From positions 17,484,001 through 17,548,000 of the forward strand of contig CATNEN010000038.1 of assembly GCA_950097015.1 (NCBI GenBank): a DNA stretch of 64,000 bases. Reading direction: 5' to 3'. The notes under the pieces were generated by a model. That model made no database searches and had not been told where the DNA came from. It was given only the letters and a program-made list of their open reading frames with translations. How positions within the stretch are numbered: position 1 is the first letter of the stretch; each line of letters opens with the position of its first letter. This document shows, in pieces, positions 1 to 12,117 of the stretch. Source of the stretch: Macrostomum hystrix. Taxonomy: Eukaryota > Animalia > Platyhelminthes. Position numbers and translations under genes: made by a program.

Positions 1-569
1 GTCAAAAAATGCAACGTGATTTTTATATCTGCGCAAAGTTGCCACAGATTTAGCTAGACACAGAAACATAAAAGCTGCAAAACTGCTTCAAGTAGAAGAA
101 TAAAAGCTTTAAAAAACACAATATATCGTATAGGAAACGATCAAAAAGACTTGGCAAGCAACACAATGTTGATAAGTTGACATGCAAGACAACTAAAAGG
201 TACTCATCTGATTTAAATCACTGGTCATGGAAAAGCACCAAATTATATGGTACACTGGTTAAAGTTATCGGGTCTCAAGAATAGATCTTAGTTCATGACT
301 ATCATTAGGGTCAGAAGGATTTATCTTTGGTCATAGAAGACAAAGTTATTTTTTGTTCGTAGGCATGGAATGGCTTCTTTGTCACTAATTAAGACCGTAT
401 TCATAAAATTACAATTGTTATATTTTTGTAAAAAACTAATAATTAACAAAAATTATAAAAAAACGCTGCATGCGCACTGAATTTTATACTCATAGTAGGA
501 CACAAAGAACGACCTTCAAATTGTAAAAAATTTAAGTACATAAAATTTACCGTACCGTAAAAAATAGCC

Positions 570-2285
570 CTAATTAAAAATGCTCGCAGTACCGTACAAA
601 ATGGATCGACAAATTTCGCCAAACATTGAGTCCAATTTTTTCACCTGTGACTCTGTATAGACCTTATTGTGAATTCGATACCACAGGTGTAACAGGTAAT
701 TACGCCGGCGCCAGTCCCACCTGGCCTGCTGGCCTGTGTCATAGATCAGGGCCACCTGTTGCGGGGTCCAATTCGGTCTGGCCATGCTCTCCTGCTCCAC
801 GTGGCACAGCTGCGGGAGGGCTCGAGCTAGCCTGTCGGGCAGGTGTACGGAATGGATGGCCCAATCGGCAGTGTTAAATGTCTGATAGGCCAGGTGCCAA
901 ATTGCGACAAAGCTGGCATTTGGTGCGGAGAGCATCGCCGCGTTACAGAGGCCGCTGGAATGCTCCCGACCGATGGTGAAGTCGTAGAGTCGCAACGGGT
1001 CGAGGGGTTTGAGCACAACAACGTCCAGGTCGAGATAGACTCCGCCAAAGATGAGTAGGGCTTCTAGACGCATGACGTCTGACTGATGCTCCGGTGTGGC
1101 TATTGGGCGGGAGTACACTCGCTGTGGTAGCTGCCTGGTTGCCATGACAACGCGATCATCCCAGTTGTGCCCGGTAAGATTGCGTCGAAGCGCCTTCCAC
1201 CAATGGCCTCCGAGTGGACGGCCGGGCGGCTGCCACAGCAGCAGCAGCTGGGGCCGCATCACGTGCACGCAGCTGAGCAGGCTGACGAAGTGATGAAAGC
1301 GCAGGCGGGCTTCCATAAACGGCAGGATATAGTGGGCCGCGTTTGGCACCGGGTTGCCCTGAGAGCGGTTTAGAGTTACTCGGAGTCTTGGAGACATTGT
1401 GTCTAACAGCTGACACGTGTCTAACACCTGACACTAATGTCTAGCAAAAGACACTCAAGTCTAACAACAGACACTCATTTCTAACAGCTGACACTCGTGT
1501 CTAACAGCTGACAGTCAGTTCTAACAGCTGACACTCCAGTCTAACAGCTGGCACTTAAGTCTAACAGCTGAAACTAATATCTAACAGCTGACACTAATAT
1601 CTAACAGCTGACACTAATATCTAACAGCTGACACTAATATCTAATAGCTGACACTAATATCTAACAGCTGACACTCATATCTAACAGCTGACACTCATAT
1701 CTAACAGCTGACACTAATATCTAACAGCTGACACTAATATCTAACAGCTGACACTCATATCTAACAGCTGACACTCCAGTCTAACAGCTGACACTCCAGT
1801 CTAACAGCTGACACTCCAGTCTACAGCAAACAAACCTGAGATCCCTGTAGAAGCGTTCTCTGCACAGCCTCCACCGTCAACACTCGGCCAGACAAGGTTT
1901 TCAGGCGCCAGTCGACAGTAGAAAACCGCGGCACCTGGTGCCTCATCAGGCTGTGCAACAGCAGCCCAGAGCTGCCATGGATTCTCCAGGCGATCTTACT
2001 GACAATGGGAAAATGTTTTCTCAAAACAGCGCGATCCAATGGAACAAACGGTGGCGATCTGGACAGGATTCGATCCATGGCCTGCTTGTCGAATCGGTGA
2101 GGAGTTGACTGAACTGTGACATCGTCACGATGGCCATTAAAGTCAGCTTCATTGGATGCCAAATCAGTGTCCAACTCGGATGTTAAAGATTTTGTGAGCA
2201 ATCTGGGCAATACAATGATCGTGCTCATAGTTATGACAGTGGCAATTGCGAGTATTAGCTGGACAAGTCGTTTTAATTGAGTCAT
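570..2285 (-). CDS. GT32-family (DXD, alpha-1,4-GlcNAc/Gal transferase-like) type II membrane glycosyltransferase, 2 exons (2285-1836, 1358-570), ~412 aa
   Basis: Exon 1 has an N-terminal TM anchor (LVQLILAIATVITMSTIIVL). Phase-0 donor CAG|GTTTGT at 1835 joins acceptor CTCTCAG|GGC at 1359 in frame. Exon 2 has HQSDVMRLEALLIFGGVYLDLD, the SDxxR...GGxYxDxD signature of GT32. Confidence 0.85.
1402..1825. repeat. 20-bp minisatellite (ctaacagctgacactaatat) filling the glycosyltransferase intron
   Basis: About 21 tandem units seen directly. Confidence 0.95.
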
Positions 2286-2756
2286 GCTTTAGATTTCAAT
2301 CAAGGCTGCCAACAATTATTTTCTTTCCGCATGCAGATACTAAATTTAGAATGTAAATCCATTTTAAAAGCCGTTCCTTTGCGCTTAGACAAGAACTGTG
2401 AGAAAGCGTAATTGTGAGGCTAATTTCATTACCAGGAATGAAAATTAACGTACAATGCTTATCTTCTCATACCTCCGAATGCACGGCACCTGAATGTACA
2501 TTTCCAGTGTAAGCTATGATCACACAATGCAGGGCAGGGAGGGACGTACTCAAGCTCACATTCTTGAACTATACTATAGCTCTATCCTCTTCAAATTTCA
2601 GTCGGTGTTCATGACTTCACACCCAAAGTCAGATGTAGAGATGCGAACTACAATTGAAGTAAATTGTAGTTTTGACATGAAATACATTCATGTCAACATG
2701 AATGCAGATGTCAACTGCTATTGAACATGAATGTAGATCTACACACTAAAGCCCCA

Positions 2757-4500
2757 AGACAAAAAAATCTTGTGCAATGCAGAAGGACAAAACACACCTG
2801 ATAGCAAACAAAAACGAAAACTCATCTCGTCAGTCATAATTTCCCCGATTGCGAATATACGTGATTGCAATTCAACGAAAATTTGAATTCTCATTAAATA
2901 CAAAAATAATCTGTCTCAGCTTGAATACATTCCGAGACATCCGGTCTGTACACCAAGAGCCCGTTGGGGCAAAATTACACAAGTAACTTACGTTTGATAC
3001 AACTCAGCTTAATGCTACTTAGGTACATGTGAATACAATCCCCCCAGCAGCAGAGAACTAATTAAATGTCTCCCAAACAGCAGAGAACCGATGTTCCGTC
3101 AGCAGCAGAAAACTTATTTCTCCCCAGCAGCAGAGAACTAATTTCTCCCCAGCAGCAGAGAACTAATTTCCCCCCTGAAGCAGAGAACCAATTTCCCCCC
3201 AGCAGGAAAGAACCAATTTCCCCCCAGCAGCAGAGAACTAATTAAATGTCTCCCAAACAGCAGAGAACCGATGTTCCGTCAGCAGCAGAAAACTTATTTC
3301 TCCCCAGCAGCAGAGAACTAATTTCTCCCCAGCAGCAGAGAACTAATTTCCCCCCTGAAGCAGAGAACCAATTTCCCCCCCAGCAGGAAAGAACCAATTT
3401 CCCCCCAGCAGCAGAGAACTAATTTCTCCCCAGCAGCAGAGAACTAATTTCCCCCCTGAAGCAGAGAACTAATTAAATGTCTCCCAAACAGCAGAGAACT
3501 AATTAAATGTCTCCCAAACAGCAGAGAACTAATTAAATGTCTCCCAAACAGCAGAAAACCGATGTTCCGTCAGCAGCAGAGAACTAATTTCTCCCCAGCA
3601 GCAGAGAACTAATTTCTCCCCAGCAGCAGAGAACTAATTTCTCCCCAGCAGCAGAGAACTAATTTCTCCCCAGCAGCAGAGAACTAATTTCTCCCCAGCA
3701 GCAGAGAACTAATTTCTCCCCAGCAGCAGAGAACTAATTTCTCCCCAGCAGCAGAGAACTAATTTCTCCCCAGCAGCAGAGAACTAATTTCTCCCCAGCA
3801 GCAGAGAACTAATTTCTCCCCAGCAGCAGAGAACTAATTTCTCCCCAGCAGCAGAGAACTAATTTCTCCCAGCAGCAGAGAACTAATTTCTCCCCAGCAG
3901 CAGATAACTAATTCCCCCCCCCTGAAGCAGAGAACCAATTTCCCCCCCCCCCAGCAGGAAAGAACCAATTTCCCCCAAACAGCAGAGAACGGATGTTCCG
4001 TCAGCAGCAGAGAACTAATTTATCCCCAGCAGCAGAGAACTAATTTCCCCCCTGCAGCAGAGAACCAATGTCCCCTCATTAGCAAATAACCAATGTCCCC
4101 TAAATAGCAGAGAAGTAATGTCCCGTCAGCAGCAGAGAACCAATTTCCCCTCAGCAGCAGAGAACCAATGTCCCACCAGCAGCAGAGAACTAATTTCCCC
4201 CCAGCAGCAAGAACTAATTTCCCCCCTGTAGCAGAGAACTAATTCCCCCCCCCCAGCAGGAAAGAACCGATTTCCCCCAAACAGCAGAGAACGAATGTCC
4301 CATCAGTAGCAAATAACCAATGTCCCCCAAACAGCAGAGAACGAATGTCCCATCAGTAGCAAATAACCAATGTCCCCCAAACAGCAGAGAACGAATGTCC
4401 CATCAGTAGCAAATAACTAATGTCCCCCAAACAGCAGAGAACAAATTCCCCTCAGCACAGAGAAGCAATGTCCCCCCAGCAGAGAAATAATGTCCAACCA
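2757..4500 (-). mobile_element. Partial inverted copy of the Helitron-like element at 20453-23724 (3' subterminal ~280 bp plus 25-bp satellite), lacking the hairpin/CTAG end
   Basis: 2757-3040 is the diverged reverse complement of ~23400-23685 (e.g. aactcagcttaatgctact vs agtagcattaagctgagtt), followed by the same satellite. Confidence 0.75.
3040..4500. repeat. ~25-bp minisatellite (cagcagcagagaactaatttctccc)
   Basis: Tandem units, including a 180-bp higher-order duplication (3061 vs 3241). Confidence 0.95.
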
Positions 4501-4614
4501 GCAGCGGCTAGTCATTCCTGAATCTATGTCTATGGCAAAAGGCACCAAAAGTTTTAAAGCAAATGCAGTCTCACGCTGCAGGGCATCAAGTTAAACACAG
4601 CTTCGTTTGCAAAG

Positions 4615-4818
4615 ATTGCCACTTCGGCTTCGTTCACACGATACGACGTCAGAAACATCATCAAGTTATCAGTTTTGGCTGGCAAATCAACATCAGGGAT
4701 TCATGGAGAGCTTGGACAAGTTCTGAAAGAAAATGCTCCATCAATTCAAACGGTTCGGAAATGGGTCCGTGAAGTTCAAGGAGGCAGGCTGTCGATGGAA
4801 GACAAAGAGCGGTCTGGA
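4615..4818 (+). pseudogene. Mariner-type transposase N-terminal HTH fragment
   Basis: Translates RYDVRNIIKLSVLAGKSTSGIHGELGQVLKENAPSIQTVRKWVREVQGGRLSMEDKERSG, matching the mariner pattern 'IH.EL..V....APS..TV.KW...F..GR.S.ED..RSGRP'. It is truncated by a satellite. Confidence 0.75.
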
Positions 4819-4940
4819 CAACTGCTAGCTGGAAGACTGCCACCCGACAACTGCTAGCCGGAAGACTGCCACCCGACAACTGCCAGCCGGAAGACTGCCA
4901 CCCGACAACTGCCAGTCGGAAGACTGCCACCCGACACCCG
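4815..4940. repeat. 15/29-bp repeat (gacaactgccagccggaagactgccaccc)
   Basis: Tandem units; same family as 5762-6500. Confidence 0.9.
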
Positions 4941-4949
4941 ATCCCATAT

Positions 4950-5550
4950 CCAGATCCTGGGATCAAGGATCTGGGATCAAGGATCTGGGATCAAGGATCT
5001 GGGATCAAGGATCTGGGATCAAGGATCTGGGATCAAGGATCTGGGATCAAGGATCTGGGATCAAGGATCTGGGATCAAGGATCTGGGATCAAGGATCTGG
5101 GATCAAGGATCTGGGATCAAGGATCTGGGATCAAGGATCTGGGATCAAGGATCTGGGATCAAGGATCTGGGATCAAGGATCTGGGATCAAGGATCTGGGA
5201 TCAATGATCTGGGATCAAGGATCTGGGATCAAGGATCTGGGATCAAGGATCTGGGATCAAGGATCTGGGATCAAGGATCTGGGATCAAGGATCTGGGATC
5301 AAGGATCTGGGATCAAGGATCTGGGATCAAGGATCTGGGATCAAGGATCTGGGATCAAGGATCTGGGATCAAGGATCTGGGATCAAGGATCTGGGATCAA
5401 GGATCTGGGATCAAGGATCTGGGATCAATGATCTGGGATCAAGGATCTGGGATCAAGGATCTGGGATCAAGGATCTGGGATCAAGGATCTGGGATCAAGG
5501 ATCTGGGATCAAGGATCTGGGATCAAGGATCTGGGATCAAGGATCTGGGA
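4950..5550. repeat. 14-bp minisatellite (gatctgggatcaag)
   Basis: About 42 near-identical units. Confidence 0.97.
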
Positions 5551-5761
5551 GTTGTACACACAGAATCGCAGCAGGAAGTCATATACGTAGTGTCTGCAGT
5601 AGTTAATATATTATGCGTGCATTTTAAGCGCACATAGCTTTTCCTATCCCTGTTAAACTGACCTCGCTCAGTGTTCGTTATGAGTCTCAGCTACTGTATC
5701 TCAGGTTGTTAAGCCTGTAAGCTACTTACTAGACTACTCAAGAATGTCTTTCTAAGAAAGG

Positions 5762-6500
5762 GAAGCCGGAAGACTGCCACCCGACAACTGCCAGTCCAGA
5801 CAACTGCCAGTCTAGACAACTGCCAGTCTAGACAACTGCCAGTCCAGACAACTGCCAGTCTAGACAACTGCCAGTCTAGACAACTGCCAGTCCAGACAAC
5901 TGCCAGTCCAGACAACTGCCAGTCCAGACAACTGCCAGTCTAGACAACTGCCAGTCTAGACAACTGCCAGTCCAGACAACTGCCAGTCTAGACAACTGCC
6001 AGTCTAGACAACTGCCAGTCTAGACAACTGCCAGTCTAGACAACTGCCAGTCCAGACAACTGCCAGTCCAGACAACTGCCAGTCTAGACAACTGCCAGTC
6101 TAGACAACTGCCAGTCTAGACAACTGCCAGTCTAGACAACTGCCAGTCCAGATAACTGCCAGTCCAGACAACTGCCAGTCTAGACAACTGCCAGTCTAGA
6201 CAACTGCCAGTCTAGACAACTGCGAGTCTAGACAACTGCCAGTCCAGACAACGGCCAGCCGGGAGACTGCCACCCGATAACTGCCAGTCCAGACAGCTGC
6301 CAGCCGGAAGACTACCACCAGATTAACTGCCAGTCTAGACAACTGCCAGTCTAGACAACTGCCAGTCCAGACAACTGCCAGACGGAAGACTGTCACCCGA
6401 CAACTGCGAGCCGACAACTGCGAGCCGACAACTGCGAGCCGACAACTGCGAGCCGACAACTGCGAGCCGACAACTGCGAGCCGACAAGTGCCAGCTGCCG
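5762..6500. repeat. 15-bp minisatellite (gacaactgccagtcYa)
   Basis: Tandem units. Confidence 0.95.
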
Positions 6501-6729
6501 AGTATATGACTGACATCTGTTTGTGCCTTCTTTGTAATTACTGTAGAATATTCTCCCCTGGTGCCCGTGGTGGTATATTCTATGGTAATGTGTATACATA
6601 ATGGCGGAGTGATTTGGACAGTCGTCGATTTACGCTTGTAATGCCGGTCGCTCAATTGCGGGGTTATCCAAAAAGAAGTGAGAATTTACAGCAACTCGTT
6701 CAGGAAGTATCCAATCGATAACTATATAT

Positions 6730-7940
6730 ATCCTGCTACCCCTCGATAATCCAGGCGACCCTCTCGGTAAATTATGCAAGCGAGTTGATAAATCATTCTA
6801 GCCCTTTTATAAATTATGCATCCACCTAGATAATACATGCTTTTTCATTAATAGTTCATTCTTTCCCCTAAAAATTCATGATTCCCCCTCGATAATTCAT
6901 GCTAGCTCCTCGATATTTAACGCTTTCCCCTCGATAATTACTGCTTACCCACCGATACATCATTTTTTCATCGATAATTCATGCTACCAAATTGATAATT
7001 TATGTTCTTCTTTAATAATTCATGCTATTTCATGCTCTATCGTCGACGATTCATGCTAGCCTCTTGATAATTCATGCTTTTCTCTCGCTTTATCATGCTT
7101 TCCCCTCAATCTATGCTACCACTTTGTTATATCATGCTATCCCTGGAGAAATCTTGCTACCCGCTCAATAATTTATGCTTTTCCCTCGAAAAGCCATGCT
7201 TCCCCCTCGAAAAGCCATGCTTCCCCCTCGAAAAGCCATGCTTCCCCCTCAAAAAGCAATGCTTCCCCCTCGAAAAGCCATGCTTCCCCCTCAAAAAGCA
7301 ATGCTTCCCCCTCGAAAAGCCATGCTTCCCCCTCGAAAAGCCATGCTTCCCCCTCGAAAAGCCATGCTTCCCCGTCGAAAAGTCATGCTTCCCCCTCGAA
7401 AAGCCATGCTTCCCCCTCGAAAAGCCATGCTTCCCCCTCGAAAAGCCATGCTTCCCCCTCGAAAAGTCATGCTTCCCCCTCGAAAAGCCATGCTTCCCCC
7501 TCGAAAAGCCATGCTTCCCCCTCGAAAAGTCATGCTTCCCCCTCGAAAAGTCATGCTTCCCCGTCGAAAATTCATGCTTACCCCTCCATAATTCATACTT
7601 TTCGCTCGTTATTTCAAGCTTCCATGGATAATTCATGCTTCCACAGCGATTATCAATGCCATTCCCTAGAAATATCATGATATCCCCTGGAAATCTCATG
7701 CTATACCCCGGAAATCTCATGCTTTTCCTAGAAATCTCATGCTTTTCCTGGAAATCTCATGCTTTTCATGTAAATCTAATTATTTTCTTCATAAATCTTA
7801 TGTCATTTACTAAATACCTTACGCTTTTCCCCGGAAATCTCATGCAATTCCTGGAAATCTCATGCTATTCCCCGGAAATCTCATACTTTCTCCTGGAAAT
7901 ACAATGCTTTCTTTATAAACCTCATGCCATTCACCTGATA
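6730..7940. repeat. 21-bp minisatellite (cccctcgaaaagccatgcttc), homogeneous core ~7175-7580 with degenerate flanks
   Basis: Tandem units; the catgct periodicity persists into both flanks. Confidence 0.9.
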
Positions 7941-8169
7941 CCAGATGCTATTCATTGATATAACTTAATTTAGCTATATTATTTACTTTCATGTATTCTT
8001 TTGTTAAAATCTTCATGCGGCTCTCGAAATATTGAGAAAATATTGCTAGCTGCTATGCTCGAAAATCGCTTAAGTAACAAAAATAATACGGCTGTTTGGT
8101 ACCCTAAAAACAATTTATTTTGTGCTTAACCTAATAACAATTGCAGAAATGCTAGAAAAACTTTTCATT

Positions 8170-8655
8170 AGTTATTTAGGAGACAGGCTGGATAGATATT
8201 TAGGAGACTGGCTGGGTAGATATTTAGGAGACTGGCTGGGTAGATATTTAGGAGACTGGCTGGGTAGATATTTAGGAGACAGGTTGGGTAGATATTTAGG
8301 AGACTGGCTGGGTAGATATTTAGGAGACAGATTCGGTAGACATTTAATAGACAGGTTGGGTAGACATTTAGGAGACAGGTTGGGTAGACATTTAGGAGAC
8401 AGGATGGGTAGATATTTAGGAGACAGGTTAGGTAGATATTTAGGAGACAGGCTGGGTAGATATTTAGGAGACAGGCTGGGTAGATATTTAGGAGACAGGC
8501 TGGGTAGATATTTAGGAGACAGGCTGGGTAGATATTTAGGAGACAGGCTGGGTAGATATTTAGGAGACAGATTTGGTAGACATTTAATAGACAGGTTGGG
8601 TAGATATTTAGGAGACAGGTTGGGTAGACATTTAGGAGACTGGCTAGATAGACGT
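8170..8655. repeat. 24-bp minisatellite (gggtagatatttaggagacaggct), left arm of an inverted pair
   Basis: About 20 units; reverse complement of the 9905-11400 array. Confidence 0.95.
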
Positions 8656-9044
8656 TTGTAAGTCTCAAACTTTCAGCGCCTGTGACACTATCAAAGTTCC
8701 AATTTTTGCAGTTTGAAAATGATTTGGAAATGAGAAAATGAGAAACAAAGAGCAAAGAAGTGTACGAGCTGCATTTTGGGTGTCCTCATACACGTATCAA
8801 TTTCCGGTATCAATCTGGACCTCGGACCAATAGAAAAGCGTGTCTGAGCAATCTGATTGGCTAGCCCAGACGTCAACTGTTTCAGCCTCAGCTAATAGCG
8901 CGCACACTTTTGTAAGTATTTCTATTCTTCCACTGCTGGGAATTATCTAGCTGTCGATCTGCAGAAACCATCGTCGAAAATTTCAACAATCAATAACTAT
9001 AGATTGCGATTAGAAAAGTCAACGATTTATATCGGTCTGGAGCC

Positions 9045-9718
9045 ATGACTGCTGCCACACACCAGCAGCTCCTTGGTGGAAGGCGAATCATCTCGCTGCT
9101 GCTGCTGCCATTTCTGGCTGCTGTCTGCTTGGCACCCGCTGCCGCTTCGAAGGTGACGACAGAATTTGGCGATATTGGCGACAAAATCGAAGGTTCGTGG
9201 TTGCTTTTCATTATAACTCATATCTGTTGATTTTTAATCATTTAAAAGAAACGCATATTTAACACCTTCTGTCATTCAAATCTTCACTAGTTTGTCACTT
9301 AATTTTTAGCTGTCTCTTTGTCTGTCACTCATTCTAGTCTGTCACCCTAATCTAGTCTGTCACTCAATCTAGCCTGTCAGTCTGTCCATCCGTCCATCTG
9401 TCACTCATTTCTTTGAGTCACACCAATGACTGTCACTCCGTCTGTCTGTCACTCCGTCTGTCTGTCACTCTATCTGTCTTTCACTCTGTTACCCGGCCGC
9501 GAACCCTTGTCCATGCAGAATGGCCAGTGCGTGACTCCGTCATCCAGTCGCCCTACCAGCTGCAGCCAGCTGCAGTCGGCTCCGCGGATGTCGCTGAGAA
9601 GCGCGGAATCGAGCTCACGGGCAACATCCACTGCTGCTTGCGCAACATCGCCGTCTGCTGCCGTCGGAGACGCCGAAGGCGCAGGCGGCAAACGGTCGAG
9701 AATCTGGAATTCCCTTGA
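9045..9718 (+). CDS. Secreted prepro-peptide, 115 aa, 2 exons (9045-9192, 9519-9718); predicted mature peptide GIELTGNIHCCLRNIAVCC (allatostatin-C/somatostatin-like C-x6-C core, CC-x6-CC framework)
   Basis: Signal peptide (IISLLLLPFLAAVCLAPAAAS). Phase-1 donor G|GTTCGT at 9193 and acceptor CATGCAG| at 9518 join in frame (GAA). KR dibasic site precedes the Cys peptide and Arg9 follows it. Confidence 0.75.
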
Positions 9719-9904
9719 AAACTGCTGAGTAGAATTTGCCGCCAGGCATGTCAAGCCGCGACAGTTTTTTAATCTAACAATTAAATCTGAACACTTTCTT
9801 CGATTCAGTGCTGAAAAGCACTCGGTTCAAAGCTCTTGTGCCTTGAGTTTAGCTTTTTGCTGCTTTTCATACCAACAACACCATATCAACGCAATATGTC
9901 TCAT

Positions 9905-11400
9905 TAATTTCTACCCAATTTATCTACTAAATGTCTACCCAACCTATCTCCTAAATATCTACCCAGCCAGTCTCCTAAATATCTACCGAATCTGTCTCCT
10001 AAATATCTACCCAATCGGTCTCCTAAATATCTACCCAATCTGTCTCCTAAATATCTACCCAATCGGTCTCGTAAATATCTACCCAATCTGTCTCCTAAAT
10101 ATCTACCCAATCGGTCTCCTAAATATCTACCTAATCTGTCTCTTTAATATCTACACAGTCTGTCTCCTAAATATCTACCCAGCCTGTCTCCTAAATATCT
10201 ACCCAATCTGTCTGCTAAATATCTACCCAATCGGTCTCCTAAATATCTACCCAATCTGTCTGCTAAATATCTACCCAATCGGTCTCCTAAATATCTACCC
10301 AATCGGTCTCCTAAATATCTACCTAATCTGTCTCTTTAATATCTACCCAGCCAGTCTCCTAAATATCTACCGAATCTGTCTCCTAAATATCTACCCAATC
10401 GGTCTCCTAAATATCTACCCAATCTGTCTGCTAAATATCTACCCAATCGGTCTCCTAAATATCTACCCAATCTGTCTGCTAAATATCTACCCAATCGGTC
10501 TCCTAAATATCTACCCAATCGGTCTCCTAAATATCTACCTAATCTGTCTCTTTAATATCTACCCAATCGGTCTCCTAAATATCTACCCAATCTGTCTCCT
10601 AAATATCTACCCAATCGGTCTCCTAAATATCTACCCAATCGGTCTCCTAAATATCTACCCAATCTGTCTCCTAAATATCTACCCAATCGGTCTCGTAAAT
10701 ATCTACCCAATCTGTCTCCTAAATATCTACCCAATCGGTCTCCTAAATATCTACCTAATCTGTCTCTTTAATATCTACACAGTCTGTCTCCTAAATATCT
10801 ACCCAGCCTGTCTCCTAAGTATCTACCCAATCTGTCTGCTAAATATCTACCCAATCGGTCTCCTAAATATCTACCCAATCTGTCTGCTAAATATCTACCC
10901 AATCGGTCTCCTAAATATCTACCCAATCGGTCTCCTAAATATCTACCTAATCTGTCTCTTTAATATCTACACAGTCTGTCTCCTAAATATCTACCCAATC
11001 TGTCTCCTAAATATCTACCCAATCGGTCTCGTAAATATCTACCCAATCTGTCTCCTAAATATCTACCCAATCGGTCTCCTAAATATCTACCTAATCTGTC
11101 TCTTTAATATCTACACAGTCTGTCTCCTAAATATCTACCCAGCCTGTCTCCTAAGTATCTACCCAATCTGTCTGCTAAATATCTACCCAATCGGTCTCCT
11201 AAATATCTACCCAATCTGTCTGCTAAATATCTACCCAATCGGTCTCCTAAATATCTACCTAATCTGTCTCTTTAATATCTACCTATTCTGTCTCCTAAAT
11301 ATCTACCCAATCTATCTCCTAAATATCTACCTAATCTGTCTCCTAAATATCTACCCAATCAGTATCCTAAATATCTACTCAACATGTACCTCAAATGGCT
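9905..11400. repeat. 24-bp minisatellite (ctaaatatctacccaatcggtctc), right arm of an inverted pair
   Basis: About 60 units with higher-order blocks. Confidence 0.95.
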
Positions 11401-12117
11401 ACTCGATCTGTAACTCAAGCAGCTACTCACAATGGCACCCAAATGTCTTGTCAGCCAGAATCAGAATCTCTCCATGCTTGTTATTCCATACTCACCAAGT
11501 GCTCAATAATTCACAAAATTGAGTCACGATCGACCCAAATGTCACACACCAAACGTACTCGCAGTCACACGTTTTTTAACACCTGAGGGAACTCAACTAG
11601 TTGGTACCTATAGCAGGAAATGTTAAGTAGTTTGAAACCGAATTGTGTTAGTCTGTCTGCACCAGTAGCTGTTCATCAGGGACAGGAAAGTGTCAAATTT
11701 AAGGAAAATGAAATTTCCGCCAAAATCAGTAAGCTGATAGCCTGCTAGTCTGTGTCAGTATCCTACGCTGATTATAGTCAGTATAGTAATAGGTGAGCAC
11801 ATTTTTTGTTAAGATTTCCTGCATGACGGAATCAGGAAAAAATGTCTGGAATTATGGCCTAGTTAATTTCGTATTGAGAATAGGTGAAACGAACAAGCCA
11901 TTAGTTACTATAAAATATTCATAGAAAAATTTTACTCTACAAATCTGAAGATAAGGGGCAGGATCTTTTGTCTCTTTAGACACCAGAAAACTGACTGCTC
12001 TCTTGAGAACGGGCTGCAAAGTAGTTTGCTAAAAGCTTTGAAATTATTTACCGTGATTTGTAACTCTCTTTCAGGACTTTTTTTCGACTAATAAAGGTAA
12101 TCACAATGAATCACAAT

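Noticed and set aside
3040-4500. CRISPR-like appearance of regularly spaced repeats here and elsewhere
   Set aside because: Units are contiguous with no unique spacers, there are no cas genes, and the context is eukaryotic
9599-9661. Insulin A-chain (KR-GI...CC)
   Set aside because: Needs CC-x3-C-x8-C spacing and a B chain with two Cys; neither is present
9843-11522. 559-aa ORF and similar long repetitive ORFs (7074-7631, 12088-12867, 20867-21967, 27526-28869, 34430-35407, 44256-45059, 46125-47201)
   Set aside because: These are read-throughs of stop-free satellite units; there is no start context, splice support or protein-level signal
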